Below, piece by piece: positions 8,995-19,000 of a stretch of 64,000 bases of DNA; positions within the stretch are counted from its first letter, which is position 1; every line of letters begins with the position of its first letter. Below the pieces are notes generated by a model. It was not told the origin of the DNA. It saw nothing but the letters and a program-made list of their open reading frames with translations, and did no database searches. Location: IMG/VR virus record IMGVR_UViG_3300025141_012428, positions 1 through 64,000 of that record; one strand, given 5' to 3'. The translations under genes and the position numbers were made by a program. Source of the stretch: a virus (lineage: Duplodnaviria; Caudoviricetes).

Positions 8995-9971
8995 TGTCTT
9001 CCTTTAACTTAAGAAAATATTTAGTTTTTCATATCGAGGGCGGTATAGGTAAAAATATCATGGCTACGGCTGTGGTGAAAGCTATCAAAAAGCAGCATCC
9101 TGATAGGGAGATTATTGTAGTAACCCCACACTCTGGGCTATGGATGAACAATCCTAATGTTTATAGAGTTTATCTTATGGGTCAAACCCCATATTTTTAT
9201 GAGGATTTCGTTAGAGACAAAGATACTCTAGTCCTAAAGTCAGATCCTTATTTACATCAAGGCTTTATTAATAAAAAAATGCACTGCATAGAGGCTTGGT
9301 GTGAGCAGTCTAATGTCAAATATAACGGAGAAGAGCCAGAGGTTACCTTGACTCAGCAGGAAATAGCCGAAGCCGTAGGAGGTCACTCTTTTCACGGAAA
9401 GCCTGTTTTATTGATCCAAACAAATGGAGGAAATGACCAAGGTTACTCTTGGGTTAGGGATATGCCGTTTAATTTAGCTGATCAATTATGTAAAAATTTA
9501 GAAAAAGAATACAAAATTCTTCATATCAGAAGCGAAAACCAACCGGCAATAGAAGGCGTTGACTGGGTCTTTAGCCCAAACATAAGGCAGGTAATGGCTT
9601 TAATACAATACTCCCATGCAAGGGTTTTTATAGATAGCTTTGCTCAGCATACCGCGATGGCGTTCAAAAAGAAATCTACGGTTATCTGGCCGGTTGACAA
9701 AGTAACTCAGTTGGGTTACGGTTTTCATGATAACATTTATTCTTCTTATAAAGCGGAGAAAACTCACATGGCTGACTACTATTTAAGCGAAGATGATATT
9801 GTCGGCCAAGCTCATATGTGTCCGTTTCCGCAAGGGAAGGATATTTTTAATCTTGACGAAATAATTGACTCAATAAAAAAGAACAGTTCGGCATCAGGGT
9901 ATACTCCTCCCCCCAAACAAGCAGAAAACCAAAACCCAATGGGTCAAGGCGAAACCTGCCCAAACCACTAA
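8994..9971 (+). CDS. GT9-like (heptosyltransferase-like, GT-B fold) glycosyltransferase
   Basis: Motifs IEGGIGKNIMATAVV..IKKQHP and FIDSFAQHTAMAFKKKSTVIW resemble the GT9 N- and C-domain signatures. Confidence 0.7.
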   Translation: MSSFNLRKYLVFHIEGGIGKNIMATAVVKAIKKQHPDREIIVVTPHSGLWMNNPNVYRVYLMGQTPYFYEDFVRDKDTLVLKSDPYLHQGFINKKMHCIEAWCEQSNVKYNGEEPEVTLTQQEIAEAVGGHSFHGKPVLLIQTNGGNDQGYSWVRDMPFNLADQLCKNLEKEYKILHIRSENQPAIEGVDWVFSPNIRQVMALIQYSHARVFIDSFAQHTAMAFKKKSTVIWPVDKVTQLGYGFHDNIYSSYKAEKTHMADYYLSEDDIVGQAHMCPFPQGKDIFNLDEIIDSIKKNSSASGYTPPPKQAENQNPMGQGETCPNH

Positions 9972-9999
9972 GGTTTATAGCCAACTTTCTTGGTTTTTG

Positions 10000-10014
10000 G
10001 TGTAATTCTTTTTA
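10000..10014 (+). promoter_or_regulatory. Putative late promoter motif (GTGTAATTCTTTTTA)
   Basis: Matches RTGTAA-N7-TA. ATG at 10017 follows 2 nt later. Confidence 0.6.
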
Positions 10015-10016
10015 CG

Positions 10017-10538
10017 ATGAAGGTTGTAGACATAGCAGACGAGCTTTTTAGGGAAATAACCGAAGATTCCAATTATTCTATAGCTTCTATATCTTATTGG
10101 GTTCGTGCTAATATCGGAAGGCTAAATAGTCACATTAACACTTTTTTCGAAATAAAACCCGCTACTTTAGAAATAGTCCAAAGCACAGACACGAAAAATG
10201 ATAACGTTTTAGTGGAATCTGAAATTACTATAGATGAGGGGGCTATCTTAAAAAAGATGTTTATGATTTATTTTTACGATAGGACTATTAGAACTAATAT
10301 AGCAAATGCCTCCACTGACACAATCGTGCAAGTTACAGACCAAGGATCTTCTGTAAGAAAAATTAATAAAAACGAAGTTATCAAATCTCTTAGTTTTCTC
10401 AAAAAGCAGGAGTATACAGAGATGAAAGAACTAATAAGAGACTACAAAGCAAATCAAGTCAAGCCTAGGCAGGTTGTTGGCGATGATACCGTTAAGGGAG
10501 TTTATAAGACAGAAGTTTATAATTATAAGGTTAGCTAA
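10017..10538 (+). CDS. Putative head-completion/neck protein
   Basis: ATG 10017 is preferred over TTG 9990 because the promoter motif lies between them. First gene of a coupled run leading to the tail tube. Function from synteny. Confidence 0.45.
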   Translation: MKVVDIADELFREITEDSNYSIASISYWVRANIGRLNSHINTFFEIKPATLEIVQSTDTKNDNVLVESEITIDEGAILKKMFMIYFYDRTIRTNIANASTDTIVQVTDQGSSVRKINKNEVIKSLSFLKKQEYTEMKELIRDYKANQVKPRQVVGDDTVKGVYKTEVYNYKVS

Positions 10539-10978
10539 TGCCAAGCTTAATATCAGATACCGAAAAGAACAACTTAACTGGTATTTTTGGAGACATTTTT
10601 GATACCTTTAAAAGAACTATTACTGTACACAAAGAGCCCAAGCGCGTAGTAGATTCAATAAATACATCATCTTTGTTTGGTTACGGAGATCCAGCTAGCT
10701 CTATAAATTATACATATGTTCCGCAATCTGGAGTATATAGCGCAACGATTCGTTATAATCTAGACCAATCCCAAGACACTTTAGGAGATATTCCATCCTA
10801 TATAGAAGAGGGTGGAGTATATATAAAAGTGCAAAGAGACGCAAGAGACTACATAAATAAAGGCAGGACAGAGAAAGTTACATTTGATAATAAATCCTTT
10901 AAAGTAGTATCACAAGATGCAAATAAAAGCTTTTTAAATAGTGAGTTTTTTGTATTTAAATTAGAATCAACTAAGTAA
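10538..10978 (+). CDS. Putative head-closure/connector protein (146 aa)
   Basis: Size, beta-rich C-terminus (KVTFDNKSFKVV) and position in the neck gene order. TAATG coupling. Confidence 0.45.
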   Translation: MPSLISDTEKNNLTGIFGDIFDTFKRTITVHKEPKRVVDSINTSSLFGYGDPASSINYTYVPQSGVYSATIRYNLDQSQDTLGDIPSYIEEGGVYIKVQRDARDYINKGRTEKVTFDNKSFKVVSQDANKSFLNSEFFVFKLESTK

Positions 10979-11604
10979 TGGCTGTAGTATCGTTAAAAAC
11001 TTTTTTAAAAAAAGGATTTCTAGAGAAGACCGTTAGAAATTCCCCTCAGGTTGCTGCCGTGGTTGACAAGGTGTTCAGGAAGAGAGTATATGGCTTGAAG
11101 GGGGCAGCTTTGGCAGATTTTGACAGGCACCCCGTAACCAAAGAGCTAAACCAAGGCGCTGACGGATCTAATATATCTGGCACTTTAGGTGGAGTAGGCA
11201 ACCTTTTTTCTTTTATAGGCTTTTATTCTGCTGATAGGCCAACAGACCAAGTAAGAGAAGCATTGAAAAACTATTTGAATATTATGGGCGTGCAGACCAA
11301 GGTTCGTGGCAGAAAAGGCGTGACATCTTATAGATACGCTTTGAGTTTTCCTGCATTATCTTCTTTTGATGCGGCAGCTCAAATGCCATGGGAGGACGGA
11401 AATAGTTGGGTTAAGGGAGTTGAAACGGGCATATCAGGGTTCAGTAATTACATGTACCTAACAAGAGGGGATGGAAAGATGCAAGAGAGGTCTAGATCTG
11501 GAAGAGGTTTGCAGTCTAATAAGTCTATTAATGCGGGGTTCTTTAAACCAACTAAATACATAACAGAAATTCTAAATGAATACAGAAGGAGGCTTGCTCG
11601 ATGA
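10978..11604 (+). CDS. Putative neck/tail-completion protein (basic, 208 aa)
   Basis: Basic protein at the position of HK97 gp10-like genes. Synteny only. Confidence 0.4.
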   Translation: MAVVSLKTFLKKGFLEKTVRNSPQVAAVVDKVFRKRVYGLKGAALADFDRHPVTKELNQGADGSNISGTLGGVGNLFSFIGFYSADRPTDQVREALKNYLNIMGVQTKVRGRKGVTSYRYALSFPALSSFDAAAQMPWEDGNSWVKGVETGISGFSNYMYLTRGDGKMQERSRSGRGLQSNKSINAGFFKPTKYITEILNEYRRRLAR

Positions 11605-12476
11605 AGGTACAATACGAAAACAAGGTAATGAGTAGTCTGCTGTTGTTCATAGATCATGAAGTAACACAAAAAGGTGACGCCTACACCAACCACCAAAGTA
11701 ACTTTTTTAAAATAGATAGCCTTTTTTCTGACTACTATGTTTACGCTTCTCCGTACAAGCAGTTAGTCTCAGACGCAGGAATTACTGGGTCTAGTACTCC
11801 TAATCTGCTTACTGGAGTTTATGTCGATGGAGATGGGCCAATCGGACCCGGAACTAGTGGGCTACATTCAATTAACAGTATGCAGGGTCAGGTATATTTT
11901 ACCGGAGGAGACGCCGGAACTGACCCAATGAGCTCGAAGACTGTTAGTGGTAGGTATGCGATTAAAGACTTTAATGTTCTTCTAACTAGTATGCCTGAGG
12001 AGCAGTTGCTTTTTGAGACTAAATTAGTATTAAACCCTAAAACAAGTGATATTGATGTAAATAATGGAGTAGATCCGGCGACCCAAACTTATCCTGCTAT
12101 ATTTGTTAAAGATAACGGAGGGACTAACGAGGAGTTTGCTCTTGGCGGAGTAGACAATACTATTATTAATGCCAGAGCTATAGTTCTAGCTGATTCTTTG
12201 TTTAATTTGGATGCTGTATGTGGAATTCTTAAGGACTCAACAAGGAAAAGCCTTAATATTATTGAGCAGACTGATTTAAATTTAAATGCCCTCGGGGGTT
12301 ATACAGGTGTAACTTATGACTATACAGGGGTGACAACAGGCGACTACTGTCTCATTGATGAGGTAAGAGTCTCAAAAAACGTAGCAAATAGAGGCGACTT
12401 TCAAAACCTAAATCCGAACGTTTTTTCGGCCTTTGTAGACTTTGAGATACACAATTATCGTCAGCCTAGAGCCTAA
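11601..12476 (+). CDS. Putative tail terminator-like protein (291 aa)
   Basis: Lies immediately upstream of the tail tube gene. Has a YPAIFV motif and a C-terminal beta strand (AFVDFEI). ATGA overlap. Confidence 0.45.
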   Translation: MKVQYENKVMSSLLLFIDHEVTQKGDAYTNHQSNFFKIDSLFSDYYVYASPYKQLVSDAGITGSSTPNLLTGVYVDGDGPIGPGTSGLHSINSMQGQVYFTGGDAGTDPMSSKTVSGRYAIKDFNVLLTSMPEEQLLFETKLVLNPKTSDIDVNNGVDPATQTYPAIFVKDNGGTNEEFALGGVDNTIINARAIVLADSLFNLDAVCGILKDSTRKSLNIIEQTDLNLNALGGYTGVTYDYTGVTTGDYCLIDEVRVSKNVANRGDFQNLNPNVFSAFVDFEIHNYRQPRA

Positions 12477-12503
12477 AAATTATTTCTCTTGTGTACATAA
12501 TAA

Positions 12504-12518
12504 ATGTAATTTAAACTA
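12504..12518 (+). promoter_or_regulatory. Putative late promoter motif (ATGTAATTTAAACTA); a degenerate copy GTGTAC lies at 12491
   Basis: Matches RTGTAA-N7-TA, upstream of an AAGGAG RBS. Confidence 0.6.
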
Positions 12519-12537
12519 AAGAAGGAGAATTTAAGAT

Positions 12538-13623
12538 ATGTCAGCATTACAAGGCGCAGAAACGCTCAAAACCCTAACGGATTCCGTTCGCAAGAGAATC
12601 ATATATCAAAGTGAAGCTCTGTTTGCGGGTAGCTCGGCGGCCCCTCAGTATCTACAAAGGGTCCAGAGCGCGAACTATTCATTTACTGTTCCTAGAGTGG
12701 ACGTAAACCAATATGGCCAATTAGGTCAGCTGGAGAGAATTATCACAGAAGTGCCAACAGTTTCTCTGGATTATAGTTATGCTATAGCGGGAAATTTAAA
12801 CGAAAAGATTATATTTGGCGACGATTCTGCTGCTGGTACAAGGGGTATCATGAACGGCATTAACACGACACCGGCTACCGAAAAACAATTATATCAGATC
12901 GCTTTAACAGGTGAAGGAAACGATTACATAGGAAACGGCGCAAGCGGTGTTGCAGTTAAAATTCCTAATGGATTTATGACTTCTGCTTCTTGGACCGGGT
13001 CCGTTGGAGACGTTCCAACTGCTACTATGAACGTTGAGTCTACTGAGATGATAATGGGAACAGCTGAAGGTAGTCCTGCTGCAACAGACGAGTCTGGAAC
13101 AACTACTCCCAAGGTATGTAGGCCGGGTAATATTTCTTTTAACCTCAATGCCTCTTCGGATAGTACCCCTACTGGCAGCGGTAAGCTTCCTGTTTTGGGC
13201 TTTGATGTTTTGCATGTTCAAAGTTTCACTTGTAGTTTGGATATGCCCCGTGAGTCAATTCAAAGGTTAGGTGACAAATTTGAATACGCTCGTTTAATCA
13301 CTTTTCCCTTAACTGGGACTTTGTCACTTGAGGCTATTGTTTCACAGCAGGCAGCAGACAACCTGAACGAGATCGTAGGAACAAACGACGCCGCATCTAC
13401 AGATCCCGGATATGATATTGATGTATCTTTGGGTAAAGAAGGCACTGGAGGTACTAACGGACTTCAGATTATCATGAAAGACGCTAAGATCGAAAGTCAT
13501 TCCATTAGCTCCAGTATTGGAGCTAATAAGTCAATAACTATAGACTACTCTGTCGTTATTGATGGTGGTGGAACGGCCGAGGCTTCCGCAAATTCAGGTA
13601 TGTTCCTTAAGCCTATTACTTAA
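12538..13623 (+). CDS. Major tail (tube) protein
   Basis: Strong RBS, its own terminator, beta-rich Ser/Thr/Gly composition with an internal duplication (RVQSANYSFTVPRVDVNQYGQ / HVQSFTCSLDMPRESIQRLGD), and position upstream of chaperones and the tape measure gene. Confidence 0.7.
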   Translation: MSALQGAETLKTLTDSVRKRIIYQSEALFAGSSAAPQYLQRVQSANYSFTVPRVDVNQYGQLGQLERIITEVPTVSLDYSYAIAGNLNEKIIFGDDSAAGTRGIMNGINTTPATEKQLYQIALTGEGNDYIGNGASGVAVKIPNGFMTSASWTGSVGDVPTATMNVESTEMIMGTAEGSPAATDESGTTTPKVCRPGNISFNLNASSDSTPTGSGKLPVLGFDVLHVQSFTCSLDMPRESIQRLGDKFEYARLITFPLTGTLSLEAIVSQQAADNLNEIVGTNDAASTDPGYDIDVSLGKEGTGGTNGLQIIMKDAKIESHSISSSIGANKSITIDYSVVIDGGGTAEASANSGMFLKPIT

Positions 13624-13657
13624 TATAAATTCAGTAACATTCTTTTTCTTTAAAAAC

Positions 13658-13685
13658 ATCCCGGCGTAAAAACCGGGATTTTTTT
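13658..13685 (+). terminator. Rho-independent terminator
   Basis: ATCCCGG-cgtaaaaa-CCGGGAT followed by TTTTTT, after the tail tube gene. Confidence 0.85.
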
Positions 13686-13695
13686 GTTGTTTTTC

Positions 13696-13710
13696 GTGTA
13701 ATTTAATATA
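13696..13710 (+). promoter_or_regulatory. Putative late promoter motif (GTGTAATTTAATATA)
   Basis: Matches RTGTAA-N7-TA and lies just after a terminator, as expected for re-initiation. Confidence 0.65.
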
Positions 13711-13723
13711 ACTTCTTGACATT

Positions 13724-14026
13724 ATGAAGTTGGAAAAAGGCTCAACTGTGAAGGATATTATATCTTTTCAAGTTCATAGGAATATTGTAAATCTCTATAA
13801 AAAGCACTTCGAGGTTATAGAGGATCTTCAAATAGAACACGAGTCTTTCGTTTCTAAGCTTAAAAATGGCACGCTAGATGAATTGTCTATCGACGACATA
13901 AACTATTTTACTTCTGATAAATATGACCATATTAGGAAGAGAATACTGGATTCTGGCAACGACTGTATTAGGGAAATAGAAAAAACATTAGATTTTGTTG
14001 ATATAACGGTAAAAGAAAATGAGTGA
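13724..14026 (+). CDS. Hypothetical protein (100 aa)
   Basis: ORF between the promoter motif and the chaperone genes. Confidence 0.6.
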   Translation: MKLEKGSTVKDIISFQVHRNIVNLYKKHFEVIEDLQIEHESFVSKLKNGTLDELSIDDINYFTSDKYDHIRKRILDSGNDCIREIEKTLDFVDITVKENE

Positions 14027-15002
14027 AGATAAGTTAAATACAAAAAAATGGCTTTATAATTTTAAAGTCCCACGTAAGTACACTAAGACCGTCAAGGAAG
14101 AGAAGACGGACGAAAACGGTAAGAAAATGACCATCAGCAAGGAGGAAGAGGTCACCGAGGAGGTAGAAATTTTACTTAAAAGGCCAAGTCGTAAATTATT
14201 TGATGAGTGCAATCTCTTTTATTCAGTAAAGATCTCAGAAGGCGTAAAGGCCGGGCTTTTGACCCGAGCCATGATTAATAAAAGATATAAGAATGATGGA
14301 GGTGGCCTATCCAAGCGAGAGCAAGAAGATTTTAATAAGCTTTATTCAGATCTTATTCTAAAAGAAAAAGAGTTTCAAGCTATACAGTTAAACCTGCAGG
14401 ATGATAAAGACATTACTGACGAAGATAGGCAAGAAAGGCTTTCTGGCCTTGTTGAGGAGATGGAGCAACTTAAGGCCGATCTAGAAAAATATTCAGTTAG
14501 AGCAGAGGATTTGTATGAGCACACAGCCGAGTCTAGGGCAGCTAGGCTAACTAATATGTGGTGGATGTTATTTCTAACTTATATAAAGTTTAAAAATGAC
14601 GAAAGGGGAGGCATAGATGATTACATGCCTTTATTCGCAGGGAAAACCTTTGAAAAAAAAGTAGAGTCCTATGAACTTGTTGAGGAAAGAATAGCCGAGA
14701 GTGAAGATAGATTTATTAATTTCGAAGCAGAAGTCATTGAGAGATCTGGGTATCTTCTGGCAGCTTGGAACGGTGGGAACTGCAAAGTTTATGAAGACTT
14801 CGAAAGAGTAGAGGCTTCCCTTAATTTCATAAGAGAAGAAGTTCAAAAAGACGAGACACTTCAAGAAGTTTACGAGGATAAAATAAAGTCATTGGCAGGT
14901 ATAGATGTGCCTATAGATGCGCCCAAGGACGAACCTGTGGACGAACCTGTGGGCGAGCCTAAGGACAAGCCTGCAGAGGAACCCGTAGAGCAAAGTGAAT
15001 AA
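14019..15002 (+). CDS. Putative tail assembly chaperone (acidic, coiled-coil, 327 aa)
   Basis: Position between tail tube and tape measure genes; helical, acidic composition. Confidence 0.5.
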   Translation: MSEDKLNTKKWLYNFKVPRKYTKTVKEEKTDENGKKMTISKEEEVTEEVEILLKRPSRKLFDECNLFYSVKISEGVKAGLLTRAMINKRYKNDGGGLSKREQEDFNKLYSDLILKEKEFQAIQLNLQDDKDITDEDRQERLSGLVEEMEQLKADLEKYSVRAEDLYEHTAESRAARLTNMWWMLFLTYIKFKNDERGGIDDYMPLFAGKTFEKKVESYELVEERIAESEDRFINFEAEVIERSGYLLAAWNGGNCKVYEDFERVEASLNFIREEVQKDETLQEVYEDKIKSLAGIDVPIDAPKDEPVDEPVGEPKDKPAEEPVEQSE

Positions 15003-16002
15003 TGAAGACCCATTTGCAAAGTATAAAGACTTATACAGGGATATAATATTTGGGTATACTTCTGACAGGCTTGAATGCAACAAAAAAAGAGTTTATGTAA
15101 AACACTTTACAGACCTAGAGAGTGGTCGCTCTGAAAGATTTTACAAGGAATGTGTAGACCTCGCAAGAGAAAGGGGTCTAAAAACAGAAGAAGAGTCTGT
15201 AGATTTTCTAATAGAGGAAGATCTATGGTCTAAAGATAATGAGAATAGAATAAAAGAACTAAAAGAAAAAATATCTCATTTAAAATCTTCTAAAGAAAAA
15301 CTAATAATAAAGTCTCAACTTTCGCTAATAGAGAAAGAGATTAAGCCCTACGAAGACGAGCTTTACCTATTAAATCACGAAAGGTCTGAAAACATTGGTA
15401 TAACTGCAGAAGTATTTGCCAACAAAAAGGTCAGTGAATCCACAATACGAAAGTCTTTCTTCAGAGACCCTGAATTAAAAGAGCCCTTTTATACTGAAGA
15501 AGAATACGATTATATAGACCAAACAGAGGTAAACCAAGGCATAGAAATCTATACTAACATGCTAGCAACAAAGTTTGCGGGAGATGAAATAAAAAGAGTT
15601 TCCGTTTGTCCTTTTTTTATGAACACTTACTACCTTTGCGAAGATAATGCTTACTATTTTTTTGGCAAACCTGTTCTATATTTAACAAATTTTCAAATAG
15701 CTTTAATGTCTTATGCTAAAAATTTTAAATACTTAATGTCGAATAACAAGCCCGCTCCCGAAGATTATCAAAAGCACCCAGATAGAATAATAGAATGGTA
15801 TGACATGCAGAGTAAAACGGCCAACGCGGACGACTACGGAGACAAAGGAGAAGCTAGCGGAAGGTCTTATTTTGGAGCAAATAAAGACGAATTAAAAGCA
15901 ATTCAAAAAGAGGGTGAAGGAGAGGTGAATTTAACAGAAGAGGTTAAAAAACAAGGTGGAGAAATGAATTTTGATCAAATACTTAAGATGCATGGGCTAT
16001 AG
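14995..16002 (+). CDS. Putative second tail assembly chaperone (335 aa)
   Basis: Lies immediately before the tape measure gene. Coiled-coil segment followed by TAE, like the previous gene (HTAESRA / ITAEVFA). Confidence 0.45.
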   Translation: MNNEDPFAKYKDLYRDIIFGYTSDRLECNKKRVYVKHFTDLESGRSERFYKECVDLARERGLKTEEESVDFLIEEDLWSKDNENRIKELKEKISHLKSSKEKLIIKSQLSLIEKEIKPYEDELYLLNHERSENIGITAEVFANKKVSESTIRKSFFRDPELKEPFYTEEEYDYIDQTEVNQGIEIYTNMLATKFAGDEIKRVSVCPFFMNTYYLCEDNAYYFFGKPVLYLTNFQIALMSYAKNFKYLMSNNKPAPEDYQKHPDRIIEWYDMQSKTANADDYGDKGEASGRSYFGANKDELKAIQKEGEGEVNLTEEVKKQGGEMNFDQILKMHGL

Positions 16003-16013
16003 CGTATTTTAAA

Positions 16014-16028
16014 GTGTAATTATTTAAA
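16014..16028 (+). promoter_or_regulatory. Putative late promoter motif (GTGTAATTATTTAAA)
   Basis: RTGTAA core in the gap before the tape measure gene. Confidence 0.6.
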
Positions 16029-16045
16029 ACTGTGAGGTTTAAGGT

Positions 16046-19000
16046 ATGGCTACAACTGCAGGATCTACTAGAATTAATATCGATCTAGCCCTAAATACTA
16101 GAGGATTTAGGCCACTAGGACGAATAAATGGACAGCTTGGGGAATTTGAGAAGTCTTTAGACGCCTCAAACGCTCGTGTTTTGGCTTTCGGCGCATCTGC
16201 TGGTGCAATACTAGCGGTGAAGAAGGCCTTTACAGCCACGGTTAAGGCCGCCATAGAGGTGGAGAAATCCCTAAAAGACATAAATGTCATCTTGCAGGTG
16301 TCCAGCGGAAACCTACAAAAATTTGGTTCACAGCTTTTCAAAATAGCATCCGATACAGGACAAGCTTTTAGTGTCGCCGCTGAAGCAGCAACGGAGCTAG
16401 CTAGGCAGGGCTTAGGCGTAGAAGAGACGCTAAAAAGAACTAAAGACGCACTTATATTAGCTAGGTTGGCTGGTATGAATGCCGCAGACGCCGTTAACGC
16501 CCTTACGGCCGCTTTAAACACTTTTGAACAGGTGGGATTGAGTAGCACCGTGATCATTAATAAACTTGCTAATGTTGACGCGGCTTTTGCTGTTAGTTCG
16601 GAAGATTTAGCTAAAGCTCTTGGTCGAGTTGGTTCTGCTGCAGTAAGCGCAGGGGTAGATTTAGACCAGCTTCTTGCTATCGTAACTACCGCCCAGCAAA
16701 AAACGGCAAGAGGTGGCGCTGTTATTGGTAATAGTTTTAAAACTATATTTACCAGAATTCAAAGGCCTCGAGTTATTAAAGAGTTAGAAAACTTGGGTGT
16801 TCAGGTTAGAGGTTTAGAAGGAAGTACTCTTCCGGCTATTAGAGTTTTAGAGAACCTAGCCAAGCAATTCGATAATTTGAGTCAGTCTCAAAGAGCTCAA
16901 ATCACAGAATTAGTTGGTGGTGTTTTCCAAGTCAACGTGCTTAAAGCAGCCTTAAGCGACTTAAGCAAAGAGCAGGGTATATATAATAGGGCTCTCGCGA
17001 TTTCAGCTGGGTCTTCAGACCAAGCTTTAAGAAGAAACGAGGAATTAAATGAAACTTTAGCGGCTCAGTTTCAAAAGACTCTAAACACTTTCAAGGAAGC
17101 TGCCGCTGAGTTAGGCACTTTAACGTTAGGCCCTGCTATGGAAAATATTTTCGGCGCAGTAAATAAGACTTTTGAGTCAGCAGCAGGAGATACTGACCTT
17201 GCCAAAGCTGGCCAGTTTATAGGGAAAACAGTTTTTGAATCTATTGGTAAGTTTATAGGAGGCCCGGGTCTATTAATTATAGGAGGTGTTCTATTTAAGA
17301 CTTTCGCTAATCTTGCTACATTTGCCGCGGATGCTTTTAGGACCTTAACGGGTTTGAATAAAAACTTCCAAAACCAACTTAATTTACAAAAACAAATTTT
17401 TGGAGTGTTGAGCGAGAACCCGGATTTGATGAATAGGATCAGAACTGGGACTTTGTCGGTTGAGGATGCGCATAGGCTTGTATTAGAAAGAATAAATGAC
17501 GAGACTAGCGCTCTAGATAGGCAGCTTTTAGTTTCTCAACAGATAGCTACTTCTTTGTCTGGGTCAGGAGTTGGCTTTTCTGCTGATTTTGGAGCAACGG
17601 CAGGAGGAACCAGAAAGTTTGGCCCAAGGCCAAAGGGCAAAAGTAGAGGGTACGTACCTAACTTCGCAGATGATGAGCTCTTAGGCATGATGATGGGCGG
17701 CTATTCCAATAGCCAGCTATCTAATCCTAAAATAAGAAAGAGCCTTATACATGACGGTAGAGGAGGGGCTTTTTCAGCAAATACTAATGGTCATGAGAGT
17801 ATAGTAGATTTTACTAATGGAAAAGGCAAAAAAGCGACGGCTGTTGTTCCTCCAAAAGGTTCCGGAGCTCACGAAGACTTTATAAAAGCTTTATCGGGTG
17901 GATATGTACCTAATTTCTTTAATATAGGCGGCAGGAGTCTGACTGCTGCTGGTGTTGCTGCTGGCATAAGACATAAAACCATTACTAAGCAACAGGCCAG
18001 AGATGCCGGATATATAAGCACAGCTGATAAAAAAGCGAAAGATGCTAAATCCAAAGCTAAAAAACAAGAAAGAGAGCAAGCAAAAAGGCTAACAAATACT
18101 TTCGATGTAAAGCAAAGATTCGGAGGGTTGGCTTTGTTTGGCGAGAGTGGGACTAAGCGCACTATACCTGTCAAAACAGCTGAGATAACAAAATTAGCAG
18201 CTTTATCAAGGAAAGATAAAGGCTTAAAATATCCTAGCACAATATACTTTAAAAACTTTCAAGAAAAATCCTTCCTAGGGGAAGTAAAGAGTAGGGACAA
18301 TAATAATGCTTTTTCTAGACTAATCAAAAAACACATGGCTAAACCCATGGAGACCATAACTAACGAGTTCGCTCAACAGATGGGGCTTAGGGACGATGCC
18401 CCCAAGGTTACTGCTTCAAAAATAAGTACAACGGGCAACGCTCTTTTCCCTGTGGGCGCAGAGGGGTCAATATTTGAAACCGCTATAAGCGCGATGACAA
18501 AAAACGCCAAATCTTTTGAGGCTGGATTAGGGGATAGTCAGCAGGCCTTATGGGACTTTGAGGAATCTGGTAATGTTGACGAGAGGTTTAAGAATAAGTT
18601 TGGCTACACTGGCCTTCTGCAAAAAGCAGATGCTAAAAGAAGTTTAGACGCAGGAGCTTGGAATAGTATAGGTAATAAAATATTTAGCACTTTAGTAGAC
18701 AGAGGAGGCAATCCTAAAAGCACTAGCTCACTTGCTAAGCAGTTAGCTGCTTTAGCGAAGGGCGGCAAAGCTGGTGGCTTTATACCTAGTTTCAGCGCGG
18801 TTCATAATGCTGTGCAAAGAGAGAGGTCTGCGGGGGTGCCTATGAATAAGATTAGGGTTGGCGTCCATAAGTCTCTTGCTTCTGGCTTAAATCCATCTGG
18901 GCTAGGCGTATACAACACTAGAGATGAACCTAGCGGTTTATCTCAAGGCATAAGAAGGAGTTTAGCGAGAGGCCATAACCCAAAAACTGCTGGTATTCCG

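Noticed and set aside
9135-9148. 11/14 matches to predicted targets (U4 at 9135 and about 58512; U2 at about 63855)
   Set aside because: Several such matches are expected by chance in 64 kb.
14928-14951. 12-bp tandem repeat gacgaacctgtg x2
   Set aside because: It encodes an ordinary low-complexity acidic, Pro-rich C-terminal tail.
14019-16002. Programmed -1 frameshift between the tail chaperones (GGGAAAA near 14640, A8 near 14653)
   Set aside because: The slippery-looking runs are mid-gene, far from the overlap, and the second gene has its own start codon.
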